Shown in pieces: positions 28,172-39,095 of a stretch of DNA of 64,000 bases (position 1 is the first letter of the stretch; each line of letters begins with the position of its first letter). Under the pieces are notes generated by a model. That model had not been told where the DNA came from and did no database searches. It was given only the letters and a program-made list of their open reading frames with translations. The stretch covers positions 1 through 64,000 of the forward strand of contig JAWXAY010000043.1 of NCBI GenBank assembly GCA_034439715.1, given 5' to 3'. This DNA comes from Pseudomonadota bacterium (GTDB taxonomy: Bacteria > Bdellovibrionota > Bdellovibrionia > Bdellovibrionales > SG-bin7). Both the position numbers and the translations under genes were made by a program.

Positions 28172-30525
28172 GTTCCATCAAAACTAAAATTAATCTTCGA
28201 CGTAATTTCAGGCTTCTGTAATTGTTCCTGAGTCAAAGTAAAAATAAAAACCACACAATTTCCCGGGGGCTTGATGGTAACACCTGTTCCCCAAGACTCC
28301 ACATTATAGCCAACAAAGGAATAATTTAGGCCTCCTTCAAGGTTGAAATATTTAGTGATTAAGCCGAGCTGAGTTCCCACTGTTTCCTCACGTTCAGAAA
28401 AAACAACAGATCTAACTTCGGGAATGGTAAATTTTTGTGTGTAGCTCAACTGAAAATAATTTCCAAAATTAGAAAAAAACTTTACTCGTGAAGACGTGTT
28501 AACTGTGTGATGGTAAGGGAAATACTGAAAAACTGAATTGGTTTCAAAATTATCAAACCTTAAATCCAAGAGAGTGGTAATTTCTGACCAAGTACGAATA
28601 TTAGATTCGGTATCTTTCTTAGCAGCCTCTACGAGGTCATAAGTTTGGATAACTTTTAAAGTTCCGGCTTGAAAGTACTCTGGGTCGTTAGTATTGAGAC
28701 GCTTGCGGATCAGTTTGCTGCCAACACCTAGGGTAATAAGATTTTTGTCTAAAACGCGATCAAAATAGTCAAATTGCAGGCCAGACTTTCCAAAAAAATC
28801 TTGATCGGTCAAGGGTTGGTACCTTTTAAAGTTTGGTAGATTATTGGTGTCTCCAAAAAAAGAATGATTGGGAGTTTCTATGAAGGGAATGTTTGACCAG
28901 CTGATTTCTGGAATTATTTGATGCTTATAGCGGGATTCTTTACCTTCATAAATCCGATCAAAAGTTGTGCGGGTTGATACAAGACCCTGTAGATATCTCC
29001 GTAAAGCTTGTTGCGAAAAACCGGCATTGTCAGCGCCGAACTCATAGTGAGTTTCTCGAAAAGATATAGTGGGCACAACTTCAAAAATGTCTGCAGGAAA
29101 AAATATATACGATAGTGAAGGTTGAATGTCAAAGCGTTGACCCGTGCGAATAATATCACGATCATTAGGATTTAGCACTGAACCATTAGGTTCAAAAACT
29201 CCATCGGGAGTTGGTTTCTTTTTTCTGGTTACGGTCAAGCCATCGCAACCAATGCCTACGTCTCCTGTTACCGGATTAGGATCACAGGGTGTGATATCGT
29301 CATATGCCAGTCCATTACGTGCAAAATTCTGATACTGAGCATCGAGCTTAAACAGAAAGTTAGAATTAGCAATTGGACTTTGAACCAACGAGTATTTTAT
29401 CTCTGGCAATCGATGAACGGCGTCGTCGTTATTATCTAATGGGTTTGTCTTGAGTAAATTAGTGTAGAGATCGGCCTCAATTCCTGCAAAATAACTGTCA
29501 GACTTTTTGGTAAGAGCAAATCTGTTTTCGATTGCTGGATTTCCGACCTCTTCAAGTTCTTTAGAAAAATCTGAAAGGTATTGGAGATCGCTCAAAAGCG
29601 TAAAATTTGCGCGGTGGGTGTATCCCTGAGGTAGATCCAGAAAATGTTTGTATTTTGTAAACCAACGATTGATTTCTCGGCCTTTGTCTTCATCGTTTAG
29701 CCTAAGAGAAGAAGGAAATACCCTGTCATCTATAAAGGCCCCATCAAATTCAGCAAAGCTAAGGTCTGTCAGGCGATAGCGAGAGTTTGCAAGAAACTTA
29801 AGTCCTCTGCGATCGTAGTTTTTCAAAGTAAAAGTCGCGTCCTTATTCTGAGCTACGGCCCAAAACATACTTCCCCCGAATGCAGTACCCCCATCTTGGG
29901 TAAACTCATGACTGGGCAACAGTAGACCGCTTTGTCGGTCACTTTTGAGTGGCACTATTATGTAGGGAAGAGCAAAAACTGGAATATTCAAAATTCTTAA
30001 TACGGGCCACTTCATCTTCGCATAGCCACCCATTTCGGCATCAATATCGTAGCCAGAAAAGCTCCACATGCGAGGTAAGCAGTCGCAGGCCGTGTATTTT
30101 CCCACATCGGTTTTAAAATCATTCTCGCCAGTTTTTTGAATTTTATCACCTTCAAAAATGACTTTTCCGGATTGAACTGAGCCTTGATATATCGTTCCCA
30201 AATTGGTTTTGTAATCGTATTCGACTTTTGCACCGTGAATTTGAAATTTAGCAGATTCTAACACGACGTTAGTCTCAGCGACAATTCGCTCTTCCTTTTC
30301 AAAAATATCAGCTTTTTCACAGCGAAGTTTTTTACCATCGAATTCTAAAGAAATGTTTCCGCGTAAAAAGGCGATACCTTTGCCAACGTCTCGATCCATG
30401 TCATCGGCTTTAATGCCAAAACGTCGATAGATAGAGGTTTTTGGACTGTTTTGAGCGGCAAGGTCATTTGATAAGATCAATAATAGAAGGAACCAGGCAG
30501 TAGAAATAAATCTGAATTTAATCAT
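28168..30525 (-). CDS. lptD: LPS-assembly outer-membrane protein
   Basis: Signal peptide; N-terminal OstA-like jellyroll; YTACDC, RQSGLLLP, RLPEI; long beta-barrel. Confidence 0.88.
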   Translation of the reverse strand: MIKFRFISTAWFLLLLILSNDLAAQNSPKTSIYRRFGIKADDMDRDVGKGIAFLRGNISLEFDGKKLRCEKADIFEKEERIVAETNVVLESAKFQIHGAKVEYDYKTNLGTIYQGSVQSGKVIFEGDKIQKTGENDFKTDVGKYTACDCLPRMWSFSGYDIDAEMGGYAKMKWPVLRILNIPVFALPYIIVPLKSDRQSGLLLPSHEFTQDGGTAFGGSMFWAVAQNKDATFTLKNYDRRGLKFLANSRYRLTDLSFAEFDGAFIDDRVFPSSLRLNDEDKGREINRWFTKYKHFLDLPQGYTHRANFTLLSDLQYLSDFSKELEEVGNPAIENRFALTKKSDSYFAGIEADLYTNLLKTNPLDNNDDAVHRLPEIKYSLVQSPIANSNFLFKLDAQYQNFARNGLAYDDITPCDPNPVTGDVGIGCDGLTVTRKKKPTPDGVFEPNGSVLNPNDRDIIRTGQRFDIQPSLSYIFFPADIFEVVPTISFRETHYEFGADNAGFSQQALRRYLQGLVSTRTTFDRIYEGKESRYKHQIIPEISWSNIPFIETPNHSFFGDTNNLPNFKRYQPLTDQDFFGKSGLQFDYFDRVLDKNLITLGVGSKLIRKRLNTNDPEYFQAGTLKVIQTYDLVEAAKKDTESNIRTWSEITTLLDLRFDNFETNSVFQYFPYHHTVNTSSRVKFFSNFGNYFQLSYTQKFTIPEVRSVVFSEREETVGTQLGLITKYFNLEGGLNYSFVGYNVESWGTGVTIKPPGNCVVFIFTLTQEQLQKPEITSKINFSFDGT

Positions 30526-33275
30526 TTAGTTTTCATAATAAATACTCCATCCCAATCGACTGGGGGAGGATTTTCCAAGTAATTCATACAGCGTTCTAAA
30601 TAGACCTTTGCTGGGCCGTCTAATGGATTGACGGCAAGCGCCTTGTTAAAACTATCAACGGCCTGTTGCCACTGCATCTTGTGGTAGTGAAGATATCCCT
30701 GATCAAACCATTTAATAGTTTCCATGATGTCAGAGGCAAGAGTTCCTTCGCCGACCAGCTCGAATATTTTAACGGGTTTTAGTTTTCCTTTAACCCGTAC
30801 CCAATCTAGTTCACGCATGACAAATTTGCCCTGGATGTCAGCGTAGGTAAACTCGCTCACAATAATTTTAGTCCCATACTGTTTAGTAATACCTTCTAGC
30901 CGTGAGCCTAAATTTACGCTGTCTCCCATAACAGTATAGCTTCGTACTGTCTCTGAACCCATGTTGCCAACGCTCATATCGCCGGTGTTTAGACCTATTC
31001 CAATGTCAATTTCTGGTAGACCATTTTTGCGGTACTCAGCCTGAAGCTGCCTTAACTTTACAAGTTGCTCAAGAGCACATCGTGCGGCCCAAGTCGCGTG
31101 GTCGGGAAAACTAATGGGCGCGCCGAAAAATGCCATAATAGCGTCACCCATGTATTTATCTAAAGTCCCTTTATTTTTGAAAACTATTTCAGTCATGGGC
31201 GTCAGGTAACTATTGAGCAAATCTCCGAGTGCTCGCGGGTCTAGCTTTTCTGAAATTGTCGTAAATCCTCTCACATCCGAGAAAAAAACTGTCATTCGTT
31301 CTTTACGTCCACCCAATTCAATTTTTCCAGGATCAGAAAGGACTTCATTAACGATCGACGGAGAGACGTATTTTTCAAAAGTTGACTTAAGTTTTTTCTT
31401 GTTTCGCTCCTCAGTAAAATATTTGTACGAAGTCAAAACTAGAAAAAGTCCTGCCACAAGCATCAGCGGAAAAATAATGGGAACAACGGTGCCTTTTTCA
31501 AAAAGAAAAAACTTGTCATAAAAATAAATTCCTGTGACGCCTAAGGCTGACATACCCAATGCTAGAGCCGCGCCAAAATAACTGACCACAAAGGTAAAAA
31601 TTATACCTAAGACCAATAGAGATATCAGCATCTGCGCCTCCTTGTCTTTGGAAGCCTCGATATAATAATTATGTTGTAAAATATTATCCAAAATATTGGC
31701 GTGGGTTTCCAATCCTGGATAGTTTTCTTCAAAGGGGGTAACCCTTAAGTCAAAAATGCCTGTGGCTGTGGCTCCCACAAGCAACATTTTATTTTTTAAA
31801 AATTCGGACTTGTTGGCTACAAATGTTTTCTCTTCCCAACGGTTATCTTTTTGATTTTTTACTTTTTTAGTATAGGTTAGCTTTTCGTCGCTACTTAAAA
31901 TGTCGGCGACACTTACGTGAGGGTACATCTTTTGCGGTCCGGCAAAATTTATCAAAAGTTCGCCTTTAAAGTTCACAGGTATGGAGCCAATTTTTTTTGC
32001 CTCTTCATCTACAATCTGAAAGTCTGATATTTTTTTAAAAGAGGGGTCAATTTCATCAGCATGAAACTGCATTTGAAAGTTACTTTCTGTAGTTTTACCA
32101 TAGGCCACTAAGAAAGTTTTCAATGCTAGTGACGGATAATAGTTACTGCCAGAGCGGATGATAAGCGGCGTACGTCGAATTGTTCCGTCAGAGTCTTGAA
32201 TAGCGTTGAAGAAGCCAATGTTTTTTGCGACTTCGCTAATAGCCGAATAATTATGCCACCAACGCTCGACCGCTCGCACAGGGTTGTGGGGATAGCCTTC
32301 TCTAAGTCGGGCCACGGCCTGCTCAAAAGTGGGGTTGCCCTCGATGTCCGGTTGGATAGCTGGCCAAGAATCTTTAAATTGAGAAAAAATTTCATCTGAT
32401 TTTTCATCAAGCCAACGGTCACAATAGTTAGAATTCTCGGCACGAATTTCTCGATCCAAGTATACCTGTTGTGTTTTAGTTAATGGCTGTCCAGCAGCAA
32501 TATTGTTGGTGGTCAAGTAATTATCAGTAATTTTCTTTTCTAAAGAAACTTTATGATTCTTGATGATTTCACTCCAGGGCCCTGGCATCTCATCTTCAAA
32601 CATAACCGAAACATCAAAGACTACTGGTGCAGTGGTGTGGCTCCATGAGAGATATTCTGAGGTGTCTTTATAGAAAGCGTGCGTGCACATATTGCGATGG
32701 CCATTATACAAAAAACCATTATAGTAATAGTCTCCGTACACTCCCATTACCAAGCGATCGCCAAATTTAGAAATGCTTTTAGCTAAATCATTGTCGGTGT
32801 TGGCTTTAGCAAGGGCTTCATCTATAATTGGCAGCATTTGCGGGGGAGTAGCAGGGTGCATTTTTAAATCCCGAAGAGAGAGCACTGTTGCATTGAGGTC
32901 TTCTTCAGAAAAAATAATATCGAAGCCAATCGCTCGGGCTCCTGAACTAAGTAAGTTTTCTATAATGTTTTTTATTTTTAGGCGTGGCCATGGCCAACGT
33001 CCTTCTTGCTCTAAAGATTTTTCATCAACTGTGATAAGGGCAATGTCTTCTGAAACCTCTCTCTCGCCACGAGCGCGAAATCTTAGATCGATAGAAAAAT
33101 GATGGAGCTTTTTTAGAATTTCTATATATTTGTTGGGCGCCGGATCGTCCTTATGAAGAAGGTACTGAAAAGTTCCGCCAAAATAGGTCAACGTAATCAG
33201 TGCTCCAATAAAGTAGGAAGTTGCAAAAGGCCTTAGATATTTCTTATAGTTCCAGCGGTTTTTTTTCTCATTCAT
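30522..33275 (-). CDS. CHASE2-domain class III adenylate cyclase with C-terminal TPR
   Basis: GRWPWPR, DSDGTIRR, PGLETHA, three TM helices, FSDVRGFT, DKYMGDAIM, TVMGDSVNLGSRLEG. Confidence 0.93.
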   Translation of the reverse strand: MNEKKNRWNYKKYLRPFATSYFIGALITLTYFGGTFQYLLHKDDPAPNKYIEILKKLHHFSIDLRFRARGEREVSEDIALITVDEKSLEQEGRWPWPRLKIKNIIENLLSSGARAIGFDIIFSEEDLNATVLSLRDLKMHPATPPQMLPIIDEALAKANTDNDLAKSISKFGDRLVMGVYGDYYYNGFLYNGHRNMCTHAFYKDTSEYLSWSHTTAPVVFDVSVMFEDEMPGPWSEIIKNHKVSLEKKITDNYLTTNNIAAGQPLTKTQQVYLDREIRAENSNYCDRWLDEKSDEIFSQFKDSWPAIQPDIEGNPTFEQAVARLREGYPHNPVRAVERWWHNYSAISEVAKNIGFFNAIQDSDGTIRRTPLIIRSGSNYYPSLALKTFLVAYGKTTESNFQMQFHADEIDPSFKKISDFQIVDEEAKKIGSIPVNFKGELLINFAGPQKMYPHVSVADILSSDEKLTYTKKVKNQKDNRWEEKTFVANKSEFLKNKMLLVGATATGIFDLRVTPFEENYPGLETHANILDNILQHNYYIEASKDKEAQMLISLLVLGIIFTFVVSYFGAALALGMSALGVTGIYFYDKFFLFEKGTVVPIIFPLMLVAGLFLVLTSYKYFTEERNKKKLKSTFEKYVSPSIVNEVLSDPGKIELGGRKERMTVFFSDVRGFTTISEKLDPRALGDLLNSYLTPMTEIVFKNKGTLDKYMGDAIMAFFGAPISFPDHATWAARCALEQLVKLRQLQAEYRKNGLPEIDIGIGLNTGDMSVGNMGSETVRSYTVMGDSVNLGSRLEGITKQYGTKIIVSEFTYADIQGKFVMRELDWVRVKGKLKPVKIFELVGEGTLASDIMETIKWFDQGYLHYHKMQWQQAVDSFNKALAVNPLDGPAKVYLERCMNYLENPPPVDWDGVFIMKTK

Positions 33276-33423
33276 TCGACTATTATGCCACGCCCAGGTC
33301 TTGTGACAAGTTTTGAAACACCAGGACTTTGGATTAGGTAGAGTTTTTAGGCTGCGACTTGCCGAGATTGACCTAAAAAACTATAATTGAGACATCACCT
33401 AACTCTAGAATTCGGAGCTAAAA

Positions 33424-33831
33424 ATGGAAATAAGTTTTTCTAAGTTTGATCAGGTCACAGTTGTACATCTCTCGGGCAAGATTGATTTTGAGTCGATCAA
33501 GTCGTTTCGTTTGATTTGTGCTCGAAATTGGAACAAATCCCGGGTTCTTTTTGATTTCGAGAAATTGAATTTTGTCGGTTCAAGTGGAATTACTTATTTA
33601 GTAGAAGCCGTAGAAAACCTGCACAAACTGGGCGAGGCGATTTTAGGATTTTGTTATTTGAAATCAGAGTTTCGTCGAATTTTCGAGGCAGGTCCACTAA
33701 AGGACATTCCTATATTTGACAATTTAGGTAATGCTGTAAAGGGGCTGATGCAAAGGAACTCAACAGTTATAGAGTTACCACCTATTGAGAACTTAGATCC
33801 TCTACCTCTGAAATCTGTTGACGTAAACTAG
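33424..33831 (+). CDS. STAS-domain anti-sigma-factor antagonist
   Basis: VVHLSGKID, LNFVGSSGI. Confidence 0.8.
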   Translation: MEISFSKFDQVTVVHLSGKIDFESIKSFRLICARNWNKSRVLFDFEKLNFVGSSGITYLVEAVENLHKLGEAILGFCYLKSEFRRIFEAGPLKDIPIFDNLGNAVKGLMQRNSTVIELPPIENLDPLPLKSVDVN

Positions 33832-35260
33832 GCTGTTCTAAAATAGGCTTTTTGCTGAAACCTGATTGAATTTCTGCCATAAGGGTTTCTAAATGATTAA
33901 GTTGGGTTAATGTGACCTCATTTTCTTTCGATAAGATATCAATTCGCTTTTTAGAATAATGAGTGTGCGTATGTTTTTGCTCCGTCAGTTGGTCATTTTC
34001 TTCGCGGTGAGCCTTCAATTTTAACATGAGCTCGGTATTAAGTGCTCGAAGTGACTCTTCTTTTAATTTGAGCTCGTCCATCCGAACGCGGTAATCGTTC
34101 CACAAAGCTGTCAATGACGAGACTTCGTTATCGAGATTTGCGTTCTTGATCTTAAGATCACTATTTACTTTGCGTAAAATTTCAACTTCTTCATTGAGAG
34201 CACCAAGGGAGAGATCTTTCTCATTATTTTCTCGTCGGATGGACCCAATGATAGATTGGGCGTCATCTAAATCCTTCTGAAATTGAACATTCTTTTCGGC
34301 TAGGCGACGATGATCAAAAATGATTCGATTGTCGAGCTCCACGATTTTCTCTTCAAAAGAATTACTCTTCAACAAAATTTTATTATTTTCACCCTTCAAT
34401 TGGGTCAGTGTGCTGTCTTGTACTAAAACCTGATTTTCAAGCTCCGCGATCTTTTTAAATTGACTATCAATAGTCGTCTTTTGAATGCCGATATAATTTA
34501 GTGTCTCTAGTGATTTACCTTTTAATTCTTGATGGGCTGTTGTCAAATGTTGGAGCTGAGTTTCGAATTTTTTTTGCTCTTCAATAGTTTGCTTAAAGTG
34601 CCTTAGCATTGCAGGAGCAACGCGTTTGATGCGAGTACGGTATTTTTCAGCGCGCCGCACTTTTTTCTCTAATTCTTCCCGATGGTGATACCAGTCAGAT
34701 TTAAGGGACTCGCAATCATCGGCAAGATCTAAAAATTTACTTTTTAACTCCAAAATCACCGGTGCGATGTATTTCTTAATCCGTCGTTGATACCTTTGAA
34801 ACTTTCGCTCTCCTTTTTGGTAGGCCACTTCGGCAGATTCAAGTAGAATTTTTTGGTTTTCTATTGTGTCTTCAAAAAATCGACTTTGTTGATCTGTTTT
34901 TATGAGAATATCTGTGTGGTGTTTTTCAAGTTCATCATATCTACTTGTGATTTCAGAGAAACCACGTTCTGTTTTTTCTTTTCTTTCGATAGTGTGTTTA
35001 GACTTTTCTTTAAGAATTAAAACTTGGTCATTAAGATATTCCATCTTTTGAACTAATTCTTTATTTTTGTTTAGGCCATCACGATTAAGTTGCTCTAATT
35101 TTAGAGCTCGTTTTAGGTTTACGGATAGCCGCGCCATTAGGTCATCGTTTTGATTGAGCAAATTTTCAATGGCCTGACTTTCCAATTGTTCCTTCGATAA
35201 AGAACTGACGTCTAGCTTCTTGGGAAGTTGGTCGGGCAAAGGTATAGCATTTATATCCAA
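33782..35260 (-). CDS. Long coiled-coil hypothetical protein
   Basis: 492 aa of heptad-rich E/K/L/Q sequence; GGAGG RBS before TTG. Confidence 0.7.
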   Translation of the reverse strand: MDINAIPLPDQLPKKLDVSSLSKEQLESQAIENLLNQNDDLMARLSVNLKRALKLEQLNRDGLNKNKELVQKMEYLNDQVLILKEKSKHTIERKEKTERGFSEITSRYDELEKHHTDILIKTDQQSRFFEDTIENQKILLESAEVAYQKGERKFQRYQRRIKKYIAPVILELKSKFLDLADDCESLKSDWYHHREELEKKVRRAEKYRTRIKRVAPAMLRHFKQTIEEQKKFETQLQHLTTAHQELKGKSLETLNYIGIQKTTIDSQFKKIAELENQVLVQDSTLTQLKGENNKILLKSNSFEEKIVELDNRIIFDHRRLAEKNVQFQKDLDDAQSIIGSIRRENNEKDLSLGALNEEVEILRKVNSDLKIKNANLDNEVSSLTALWNDYRVRMDELKLKEESLRALNTELMLKLKAHREENDQLTEQKHTHTHYSKKRIDILSKENEVTLTQLNHLETLMAEIQSGFSKKPILEQPSLRQQISEVEDLSSQ

Positions 35261-35398
35261 ATCCGTCCTCCATGACGAGTCTAGCCTGATTATAGGTGGA
35301 ATATCTTAGTATCAAAATGAAATTGTCACAAAATGGTAAAAGCCAGACTTTCGTCGTGGAATGCTAAATGTAGTCCTGCATTATGACGATAGTAGGGT

Positions 35399-35974
35399 AT
35401 GGGGCAAATCGTACTTCAGGCCAATCTCGAGGGATTAAGAAAAATCCAAAAAATGGAAGAGGACCTTATTCGCGAAGTGAGTGAATCAGATCGCATGGGC
35501 ACGCTTGCCCACCGGATTCTCATTCTTGTGGCTCATAAATCCTATGCTCAGGCGCTCAATGACCTTCAGGAATATGTCAAATTTAGATCGAAAGATTATT
35601 CTGCTTTTTACTTGGCCTCCCATCGTTATGTAATTCGAATGCAAAATATAATCTCCGCAATTGAAAAGCAACGGGGAGTAAAGGGTATAGAAAATTTCAC
35701 CGAGAGTAAAAAGCATGAAGTTTTTGAAGTAGTCAAAGATTACTTTAAAGAGTTAAGAAATCAAATTCGTGGAATAGAAAGTGCTGAGCATTCGTTAAAG
35801 GTCGAAGATGTTCGATCGACAGTTTGGGTTGTCTGGGCGTTGACATATAGTATGGTTGGAATTTTTGTTTTGGCTCTTATTTTAGATTTGGCATCTGGCT
35901 CGTTTCTCACCTTGTACTTAGTCTTAAAGGACACCTATTTACAGGCTTGTACATGGATCATTGGTCTTCTTTAA
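35399..35974 (+). CDS. Hypothetical membrane protein
   Basis: Helical N-terminal part with C-terminal TM segment(s). Confidence 0.65.
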   Translation: MGQIVLQANLEGLRKIQKMEEDLIREVSESDRMGTLAHRILILVAHKSYAQALNDLQEYVKFRSKDYSAFYLASHRYVIRMQNIISAIEKQRGVKGIENFTESKKHEVFEVVKDYFKELRNQIRGIESAEHSLKVEDVRSTVWVVWALTYSMVGIFVLALILDLASGSFLTLYLVLKDTYLQACTWIIGLL

Positions 35975-37167
35975 TTTAGTCCCAGTGAATTGTAGGCCTT
36001 CTGTAATACCGTTTTGCGGTGGGCATAGGGCAGTTGTCGACCATTTACGTAAATCGAGGGGGTTCCCTTTACCCCGGCTTGCTTGCCAGCATTAATTAGC
36101 TTTTTAATAGCAAGTTCAGTATCTGGAGATTTCATACATTTCTGTAAATCATCCTTATTGAGTTTGAGTTCAGTTAACGACTGTTCAATTTTCTGATCCA
36201 CTTCTGTAAATCCGCTAACTCCAACCAGATTTTTAAAAAACCAAGAGTGAGATTCGGGTCCTTTACCCAGTTGATTGGCACAAAAGGCATTTTTAGAAAT
36301 GCGGCAATTGGGTCCGACTTCCCCTTTGGGACCGGCCTCACAGCCGTCAAGTGGAAATGTGAAGTAGAGAAGTCTTGCGGTCGGATGAGAATCTACGAAT
36401 TCATGAAGTATTTGGGCAGCGGTCTGACAATGGGAACACAAGAAATCAGCAAATTCTACAATAAAAAAAGGAGAAGCGGTTTCGTGCGATCCAAACTCGA
36501 TACCTTGGAGCGCACTAAAATCATACTGAGTATTGCTTTGCCATTCTTGGATTGCGGTAGATTCCATCTTTTCAAGATCAGCAAGACCCGTGTTTTGCCA
36601 AACAATGGCGTTTACTAACCAGCTCAAAGCCAGAATAGTTAAATATACAGCTAGTGTTTTAGACTTATTTAAAGATCCCACAAAAGGAAAAAAATCCCGG
36701 TACATTTTAGTGCCGCTAAGATTCCAAAGACTGAGGAATGATACCAATGAAAACCCATAGAGCAAAATACAAAAAGGGCAATAAACATGCATCAATGAAA
36801 GCGAAATGGCGCCCATAATAAAAGAAGCAAACAGTATAGGCGTTGAAAACCAAAAACTAATTTGGGCTTGTCTGTGATTTGTCGAAAAAAGTTTATAATT
36901 GACTAGCATCAGAAGTAAAATGAGGTTGGAAACCGCTCCAAACATTGCCACTGGAGTACCAAAAATTTCAGAATATGTGCTACTGACAACGGCGGAACAG
37001 TTAAACTTCTTTGAAAGGTCGCAAATGCTATCTTCGCCAACACCAATTTGTGTCTTGAGGTGTACTGTGTAGAGGTAAATGTGGACCAGAACAGAAGCAA
37101 GTGTTGAAAAAAGAGCCAACCAGATAAGCTTAGGACTTTGGGCTGATGAATCTCTAGTGGGTATCAT
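35971..37167 (-). CDS. VKOR-DsbA fusion (disulfide bond formation)
   Basis: VKOR Cys pair CDLSKKFNC and CPFC; thioredoxin-fold CSHC and GTPSIYVNG. Confidence 0.88.
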   Translation of the reverse strand: MIPTRDSSAQSPKLIWLALFSTLASVLVHIYLYTVHLKTQIGVGEDSICDLSKKFNCSAVVSSTYSEIFGTPVAMFGAVSNLILLLMLVNYKLFSTNHRQAQISFWFSTPILFASFIMGAISLSLMHVYCPFCILLYGFSLVSFLSLWNLSGTKMYRDFFPFVGSLNKSKTLAVYLTILALSWLVNAIVWQNTGLADLEKMESTAIQEWQSNTQYDFSALQGIEFGSHETASPFFIVEFADFLCSHCQTAAQILHEFVDSHPTARLLYFTFPLDGCEAGPKGEVGPNCRISKNAFCANQLGKGPESHSWFFKNLVGVSGFTEVDQKIEQSLTELKLNKDDLQKCMKSPDTELAIKKLINAGKQAGVKGTPSIYVNGRQLPYAHRKTVLQKAYNSLGLN

Positions 37168-37279
37168 TATTAGTTGATTACAGCCACTTTAACCCAACAA
37201 ATCAACTAAAAATCTACTCATGGTGTTGGCTTTGACCAAAAATATGTTAAAATTTTTAATGAGGGTGAGGTAGTTTTTA

Positions 37280-39091
37280 GTGCAGAACTGGTATTACCTG
37301 ATTGAAGGCAAAATTCAAGGGCCGACGACAGAATTTAAAATTCGAGAAATGTTAAGGGCCGGAACCTTAACGCTTCATGATATTGTTTTTAGACAGGGAG
37401 ACCCCAAGTGGTTGCGAATCAACGAATTTACAGATCTTGATTTTAATAAAGAAATTCAAACACAAAACTGGTCCGTCTTTGTCGACTTGCCTCACGAAAA
37501 AACCGAAAAAAAAACAATAGAAACGAAAGAAACCAAACCAGCGGGGACTTTGCTTCAAGAATGGATTGTCTTGGTCAAGATTCGTAATCAAGGCGAATCT
37601 AAATTTGTGCAGCAGGGCCCATTTTCGACTGACGAAATTAAGAACAATATTCAAAGTGGACAGTATCGTTATAATGATTTTGTCTGGAAAAAAGGTTTTG
37701 AAAAGTGGGAAAGAATCGGAGATCTCGCGGATTTTAGTTTTAAGGGAGAGACTCAAATTCTGTCCTTGGCCAGTCTCGCTCAGCTTAAATTCCCAGAGGA
37801 TTCTGAGGACGCACCTTCGATTAAAATTCAAAAGCGAAAAAATGTACCTCAGCCAGAAAAAAGATCGCAGGCGCTGGATGAGTTTACTAAAACCGCGATA
37901 GCTACACAAAAGACGACAAAAAAGATAATTTTTGAAAAAACCCACGGGCTCACTGGGGCGATTAAATCGCAATCAGTAAACTATAAACCCCAAATTAATA
38001 ATCAGGAAAATTCTGATTCAATAGAATTCGACACAGCAAAAACACGCACTATTATTCAGAGGAGCACGAAGAAGAAGCGTCGGCAACTCAATAAAGCTAT
38101 TCAGTCGGGTTTATTATTTGTAATTGGTGGCGGCCTAATTATAATTTTGCAGGGTATTGTTAAGAATGATACTGCCGAAATGCCCGCAGAAAAACCTCAG
38201 GAATTATCATCCAGAGCGCCTTCGGGGGCGCCCCCTCAGAGACGGCCAGAAGTCAAAAAAGAAATTGTCAAAATTTCGACCACTGAAACTCAGGTAACTT
38301 TACCAGCTAAGGAAGAAACTAAAATTGCCATGCCATTGCCGAGACCTATTGTGGTTAGAAAAGGTAAGGCATTTGTAAAATTTAAGACGATTGATATCAA
38401 TGGCAAAAATCCAAAAATTGTTTTGTCCTCAAATGCTGCTGAGGACGAACCAATAAGAGTGAAAATTAAGGGAGCAACCGGTGAACTTTTGGGGTTGCCC
38501 AGTTTTAGTTGGGAAAATAATATTCGGCGCAAAAGAGGGCCGGAGCCTGAAATTTTACTAAAGGGACTGGGAATGAGTCCTGGTTTTTATTTTATGACTG
38601 CCGAATTGGCTGAGGCCACCGCCGAAACCGGAAAAATATTTATTGGCAGCAAAAAGGATTTTTCGAGAAAAATTGAAGAGCATCGAAAACTTATTTCGTT
38701 TAGGCAGCAACAGGAGAAAAAACAACTTTTTAGATTGTTGAGTGATTTGACCTCTCAAGCAGATGTACTTTTTTTAAGGTATAAAAGCTCCAGTAATTTG
38801 AGCGAATTCGCTCAGTTTTTGAACGGCTGGAGGAGTAAAGTTCAACGAATTAGTTCGGATGAGTTTAGATCTTTTGGCCAGCGTACGAGAAACAATTATG
38901 CCTTTCCCGAAACCTGGCAAGAAGTCAAAGATATGAAGGAAAGGCTTCTCGCTGAAGCTAAAAAGTTAGAGTCGTCATTTGATTCGTCTCGTAAGGCTGC
39001 GGCAGATGTTTCAATGACTGTAATCACAGAAATTCAAAAGCTACTTCAGAAAATTGCAGAGCTCTCGGGATGGAAGGCCAAAGTACTTTAA
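37280..39091 (+). CDS. Tandem GYF_2 (DUF4339)-domain membrane protein
   Basis: WYY...QGP...VFRQGDPKW and W...QGPFS...VWKKGFEKW; single TM near aa 275-295; extracytoplasmic C-terminal region. Confidence 0.75.
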   Translation: MQNWYYLIEGKIQGPTTEFKIREMLRAGTLTLHDIVFRQGDPKWLRINEFTDLDFNKEIQTQNWSVFVDLPHEKTEKKTIETKETKPAGTLLQEWIVLVKIRNQGESKFVQQGPFSTDEIKNNIQSGQYRYNDFVWKKGFEKWERIGDLADFSFKGETQILSLASLAQLKFPEDSEDAPSIKIQKRKNVPQPEKRSQALDEFTKTAIATQKTTKKIIFEKTHGLTGAIKSQSVNYKPQINNQENSDSIEFDTAKTRTIIQRSTKKKRRQLNKAIQSGLLFVIGGGLIIILQGIVKNDTAEMPAEKPQELSSRAPSGAPPQRRPEVKKEIVKISTTETQVTLPAKEETKIAMPLPRPIVVRKGKAFVKFKTIDINGKNPKIVLSSNAAEDEPIRVKIKGATGELLGLPSFSWENNIRRKRGPEPEILLKGLGMSPGFYFMTAELAEATAETGKIFIGSKKDFSRKIEEHRKLISFRQQQEKKQLFRLLSDLTSQADVLFLRYKSSSNLSEFAQFLNGWRSKVQRISSDEFRSFGQRTRNNYAFPETWQEVKDMKERLLAEAKKLESSFDSSRKAAADVSMTVITEIQKLLQKIAELSGWKAKVL

Positions 39092-39095
39092 AAAT

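Noticed and set aside
37367..37972. 201-aa antisense ORF
   Set aside because: Phe-rich mirror of the Lys-rich GYF_2 gene
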